DNA from: Octopus sinensis
Lineage: Eukaryota
Direction of reading: 5' to 3'
Assembly: GCF_006345805.1 (NCBI RefSeq)
Contig: NC_043008.1
Location: 25,296,001-25,360,000 of the forward strand
DNA length: 64,000 nt
Shown: in pieces, positions 60,190-64,000 of the stretch
Layout: each line of letters begins with the position of its first letter
Numbering within the stretch: position 1 is the stretch's first letter
Made by a program: the position numbers and the translations under genes
Notes under the pieces: generated by a model
Seen by the model: the letters and a program-made list of their open reading frames with translations, nothing else
Told to the model about the DNA's origin: nothing
The model's database searches: none

Positions 60190-60800
60190 CACCCCAGCTA
60201 GTATTTGAAAGAATTCAGTGTGCCAAAAATTGACTGAAAGAGGGAAAAAGTGCTGGCCTTGATGAAATTTCCCTATAAGTTATCGAGAGGTGCAATCTGG
60301 CTGAAGTAATACTGGGTTTTGTGAATAAGCTCTTGCAGAATCAGGAACTTCCAGATCAGTGGTTCTCAAAGTCAGGAAACCTCAGCAATGAAACTAATAA
60401 CAGAAGAATTGCACTGTCCATTACCTCACTCAAATTCATCAGCTGAATGATCCTCAAAAGGATTCAGCACGTGAGGTGCTTGATAGCCATCTAAGACCAA
60501 ATCAAGAGGGATTTAGACCAGGGAGAGCTACATCTCAGATCTTAGCCCCAAGGCATATCACATGGGTTAAATCAAGACCACTACCTGCCATTATAACCTT
60601 TGTGAACTTCAGCAATGGGTTTGACAGCACCCATAATTACAAAGTATTGAAGGTCCTTCAAGCATATTGTATTCCAAAAGAACTAGGTCTTGCTATTGCG
60701 AAGATCTATGAGAAGACCAGAACTTGTATGATGTCAGCTGATGGAAAAACGGAATTCTATTGGAATAGCTGTTCCATATATGCTGGAATTTTGCAAATTT
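60190..60800 (+). mobile_element. Inverted 5' segment of the same RTE-like LINE (RT N-terminal motifs to QG motif)
   Basis: LKEGKSAGLDEI, NNRRIAL, LRPNQEGFRPGR, FVNFSNGFDS, ending AGILQ at ~60796. Confidence 0.8.
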
Positions 60801-61699
60801 TGTCATGATTTTCCCTTTTTTATATGCATAGCAAAGCAATGCAAGGAAGCTTTTTTAACACAAAAGTTTTAAAAATCCATGTTTTTTCAATGTTTGTCTC
60901 TCCCCTTACACAAACATACTCATTGTACCTGTGGAATTACAACAACCACTAAAATGATATTTTCTTTTTCACAATTTTCTGTCATTTTATTGTATTCTAC
61001 ATTCTGAAACATTTGTAACTCACATTAAAGAAAAAAAAATATTACCCCCTCTTCCTCCCTTCATTGTACTTTTCACTGTGAGTGAATGTGAGAATAAAAA
61101 ATTGAATTATGAAAAGTGTATCTATAAAGCGACATTTTCAGTCATTTAAACTTTCTCTGCTACCTTGTCAAATACAATTACATGCAATAGATGGGTTTTA
61201 AGATATAAATTTGCAAATTTTACAAAATTTTAATTCTTGTGCATGAGGGGGCCCACCGAATTTGAAGTGCCCTGGGACCCCTACAGTTTAAATCCGATCC
61301 TGATGAGAGCTGAAATATCTCATATAAATGTGGGACATAGACTCTAGTTACAACTGGAATAATCCCTTTGAGAAATAAAAATTCTCTTATTAAATGTGGT
61401 TTTTCACATACAAGCAATCATTCACAAAAAGGATATCCCTTGTTGACTGTTGAACTCCAGAGTTTTTATACATCCAACAAAAAGTTCCAGAATATTTCAT
61501 GAGTCTATTTGGTATAAAAACTAAATTTTTCTTTTTATGTCGCTGTGTATCAAAAACTGACATCAACAATGATTGGTTGCAAAACATACGTGTTATACTA
61601 AATATCAGGGACATAACTAAAATAGCAATAGTTAATATCATTAAACATTGTATATTTACCCACTAGTGTCAATTATCTCAAGTCCATATCAAATATAGT

Positions 61700-61912
61700 T
61701 AAGGTGATAAACTGGTAGAACCTTTAGCATGCTGGTCAAAAGGTTTAGTAGCATTTCATCCGTCTTCATGTTCTGAGTTTGAATTCCGACTTTACCTTTC
61801 ATCCTTTCAGGGTCAATGAAATAAGTACCAGTTCAATACTGGAGTTGATGTAACCAACTTACCTCTCCCACTAAAACTATTGGCCCTGTCTCAAAATTTG
61901 AAATCAATATTA
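61700..61912 (+). mobile_element. SINE of a second family (central TTTCATCCTTTCAGGGTC...AATAAGTACCAG domain)
   Basis: tRNA-like head GGTGATAAACTGGTAGAACC...GTTCTGAGTTTGAATTCC plus a conserved-type central domain; exact domain class not determined. Confidence 0.65.
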
Positions 61913-62033
61913 TCAAATATAGTTATATCATTTGCCAATGACTTTGAATTTAATTTTAAACATTTCAGGTTTGAATTTGAGGAAGGCTAGCTGCTACAAA
62001 AATAAAAAAAGATGTTTCTCCTTTCGTGAACTA

Positions 62034-62262
62034 TCTATATATATAAAACTGAGAATGTGTGTCTGTCTGTGTGTTTCCCTAAAACATGAGAACTACACAA
62101 CCAATTTCATTCAAATTTTACATATGCCTTACTTAGGGTCCATTTAGTGCCATGGGCAAAACAAAATGTTTAACTTCTTGCCTTGGGCGAGCCCACAGCA
62201 ATATCATATCTTCTCCACTATTTCAGTATTACGCGTTAGAAGTAAAACAAAAATATCTCTCT
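62034..62262 (+). mobile_element. Helitron-like 5' fragment
   Basis: A|TCTATATATATAAAACTGAGAATGTGTGTCTGTCTGTGTG start typical of non-autonomous Helitrons; no 3' hairpin/CTAG found. Confidence 0.5.
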
Positions 62263-62322
62263 GTTGTATGTATATGGATGTATATATATATATATAGAGA
62301 TACATGTATATTTATGGATGTT

Positions 62323-62353
<31 letters not shown>

Positions 62354-62544
62354 ATGTATACATCTATATGTATAGCTGTATATGTATAGATGTATTTCTA
62401 TAGATATACATGTATGTGTATACATGTATGTCTAAATGTATATATATATATAGATGTACATGTAATATGTACACATATATATACACATATATACATGCAT
62501 ACATATATACACCCATACAACCACACACACAGACATACATACAT

Positions 62545-62850
62545 AGGTGCAGGTGTGGCTGTGTGGTAACAAACTTGGTTCCAAAGCACATGGTCCTCAG
62601 TTCAGTCCCACTGTGTGGTAACTTGGCATGTGTCTTCTGCTATAGCCTCAGACCAACCAAAGCCTTCTCAGTGGATTTTGTAGACAGAAATTGAAAGAAA
62701 TCAATTGTATGTATATGTATGTATATATGTAAGTCTATGTGTGTGTATTTGTGTTTATCCCTCATCACTGCTTCACAACTGCTGTTCATTTATTTACATC
62801 CCCATAACTTACTGGTTTCACAAAAAGAAACTAATAGAATAAGTACGAGG
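62545..62850 (+). mobile_element. tRNA-derived SINE (its internal segment 62673-62750 is re-copied at ~63001-63080)
   Basis: GCAGGTGTGGCTGTGTGGTAAC...GTTCAGTCCCACTG...TGTCTTCTGCTATAGCC. Confidence 0.8.
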
Positions 62851-62932
62851 ATTATCAAAATATAAAAAAGCACTACACAGTGACTCATATTTTTGTTTGC
62901 CCACTCAGTTGTATCTATCAATTTATCTTTGT

Positions 62933-62973
<41 letters not shown>

Positions 62974-63079
62974 CATTCATATATATATATATATATATAT
63001 GGATTTCGTAGACAGGAACTGAAACAAATCAATCGTATGTATATGTATGTATATATGTAAGTGTATGTGTTTTGGTATT

Positions 63080-64000
63080 GGCAATATGAATGACAATAGT
63101 CAGAGACTTCTTGAATTTTGCACATACCATAACCTGTGCATTACTAACACATTCTTTGCCAACAAGACATCCCACAAGGCATCTTGAAGAGATCAAAGAT
63201 CTCACCACTGGCATCAGCTGGATCTCATCATTACACGAAGATCCTTTCTGAATTCGGTTTAACTGACCCATAGTTACCACAGGATTGTGACACAGATCAT
63301 TCACTAATAAGAAGCAGGGTGGGGATTCTGCCTAAAAATGTCCATCACTCCAAGAAAATGGGCCGACCACAAATTAACACTGCCAGAACCTCTGACCCTA
63401 CACTGCAACAATGTTTTGCTTTTTCTATCAAAGTTGCCCTCAGTAGCTGCCCAACCTCCTCTGCTGGAAGTAGGTGGAATTATATCGGGGAAGCTTTGAA
63501 TACCACATCAATAGATACTTTCGGCATGAGAGAAAGGCAAAACCCAGATTGGTTCAGTGCTGGGCTCTCAGAGCTGGAAACAGTTATCGAAGCAAAGCAT
63601 GCAGCTCTGATGCAATACAAAAGGGATTCTTCTATAAAGTCACTCAAAGAACTCAGAAAGGCAAGAAATAAAACCCAACTGACTGTCAGATGCTGTGCAA
63701 ATATGTATTGGCAGGAAATCTGTCAGAGTATCCAGTCAGCTGCTGACAGTGGCAACACCCATGGGATGTATGCCAGTTTGAAGAAGGCCCTCTGTCCATC
63801 TGCAACCAAATCAGCCCCTCTGAAATCAACTACTGGAGATCTCATCATGGACCAAAGCAAGCAAATGGATAGATGGGTGGAGTACTACCAGGATCTCTAC
63901 TCACAGGAGACCACGGTAGCTGAGGCTGCAATCGAGGGTGTCAAGATCTTGCCAGTCATGTGCGAACTTGACAGTCTGCCATCTATTGCAGAGCTCACCA
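63080..64000 (+). mobile_element. RTE/BovB-like LINE relic (APE endonuclease C-terminus and linker), runs off the window
   Basis: GNMNDNSQRLLEFCTYHNLCITNTFF...HWHQLDLIITRR...CDTDHSLI; stops and frameshifts follow. Confidence 0.85.

Larger units (their letters stand above)
57387..61302. mobile_element. hAT-type element (~3.9 kb) with 14-bp TIRs and a degenerate 8-bp TSD, containing nested insertions
   Basis: TAGGGCCGGATTTA (57387-57400) vs TAAATCCGATCCTG (61289-61302); flanks ATGAGAAG and ATGAGAGC. Confidence 0.65.

Overview
AT-rich, microsatellite-laden eukaryotic DNA that is almost entirely transposon-derived; the repeat families (RTE LINEs with (GAT)n tails, tRNA-headed SINEs, mariner, Penelope-like elements) point to a coleoid cephalopod, probably Octopus (inference from repeat content). 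No host gene, rRNA, true tRNA or CRISPR array can be supported; a few short phase-compatible exon candidates are reported at low confidence. Recognisable elements include a young, 5'-truncated RTE LINE (47.65-50.84 kb) with an intact 621-aa RT ORF carrying a PHD-type finger, several older RTE copies, five mariner relics, and hAT, pogo, Merlin, Gypsy, R4/NeSL-like, HERO-like, Helitron and Penelope-like (GIY-YIG) fragments, plus at least seven long inverted-repeat (fold-back) structures. The most striking signal is a set of minimal type-I hammerhead-ribozyme-like motifs in five different repeat families. One is apparently complete (20078-20123) and sits in a palindromic element with a tRNA-derived head. 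Decayed relatives appear to carry U3-A8 and G3-C8 in place of the canonical C3-G8 core pair. Other notable items are a 449-bp RTE-derived mini-element with a perfect 12-bp TSD and a 5'-inverted RTE-like LINE with twin-priming geometry. All alignments and folds were done by eye.
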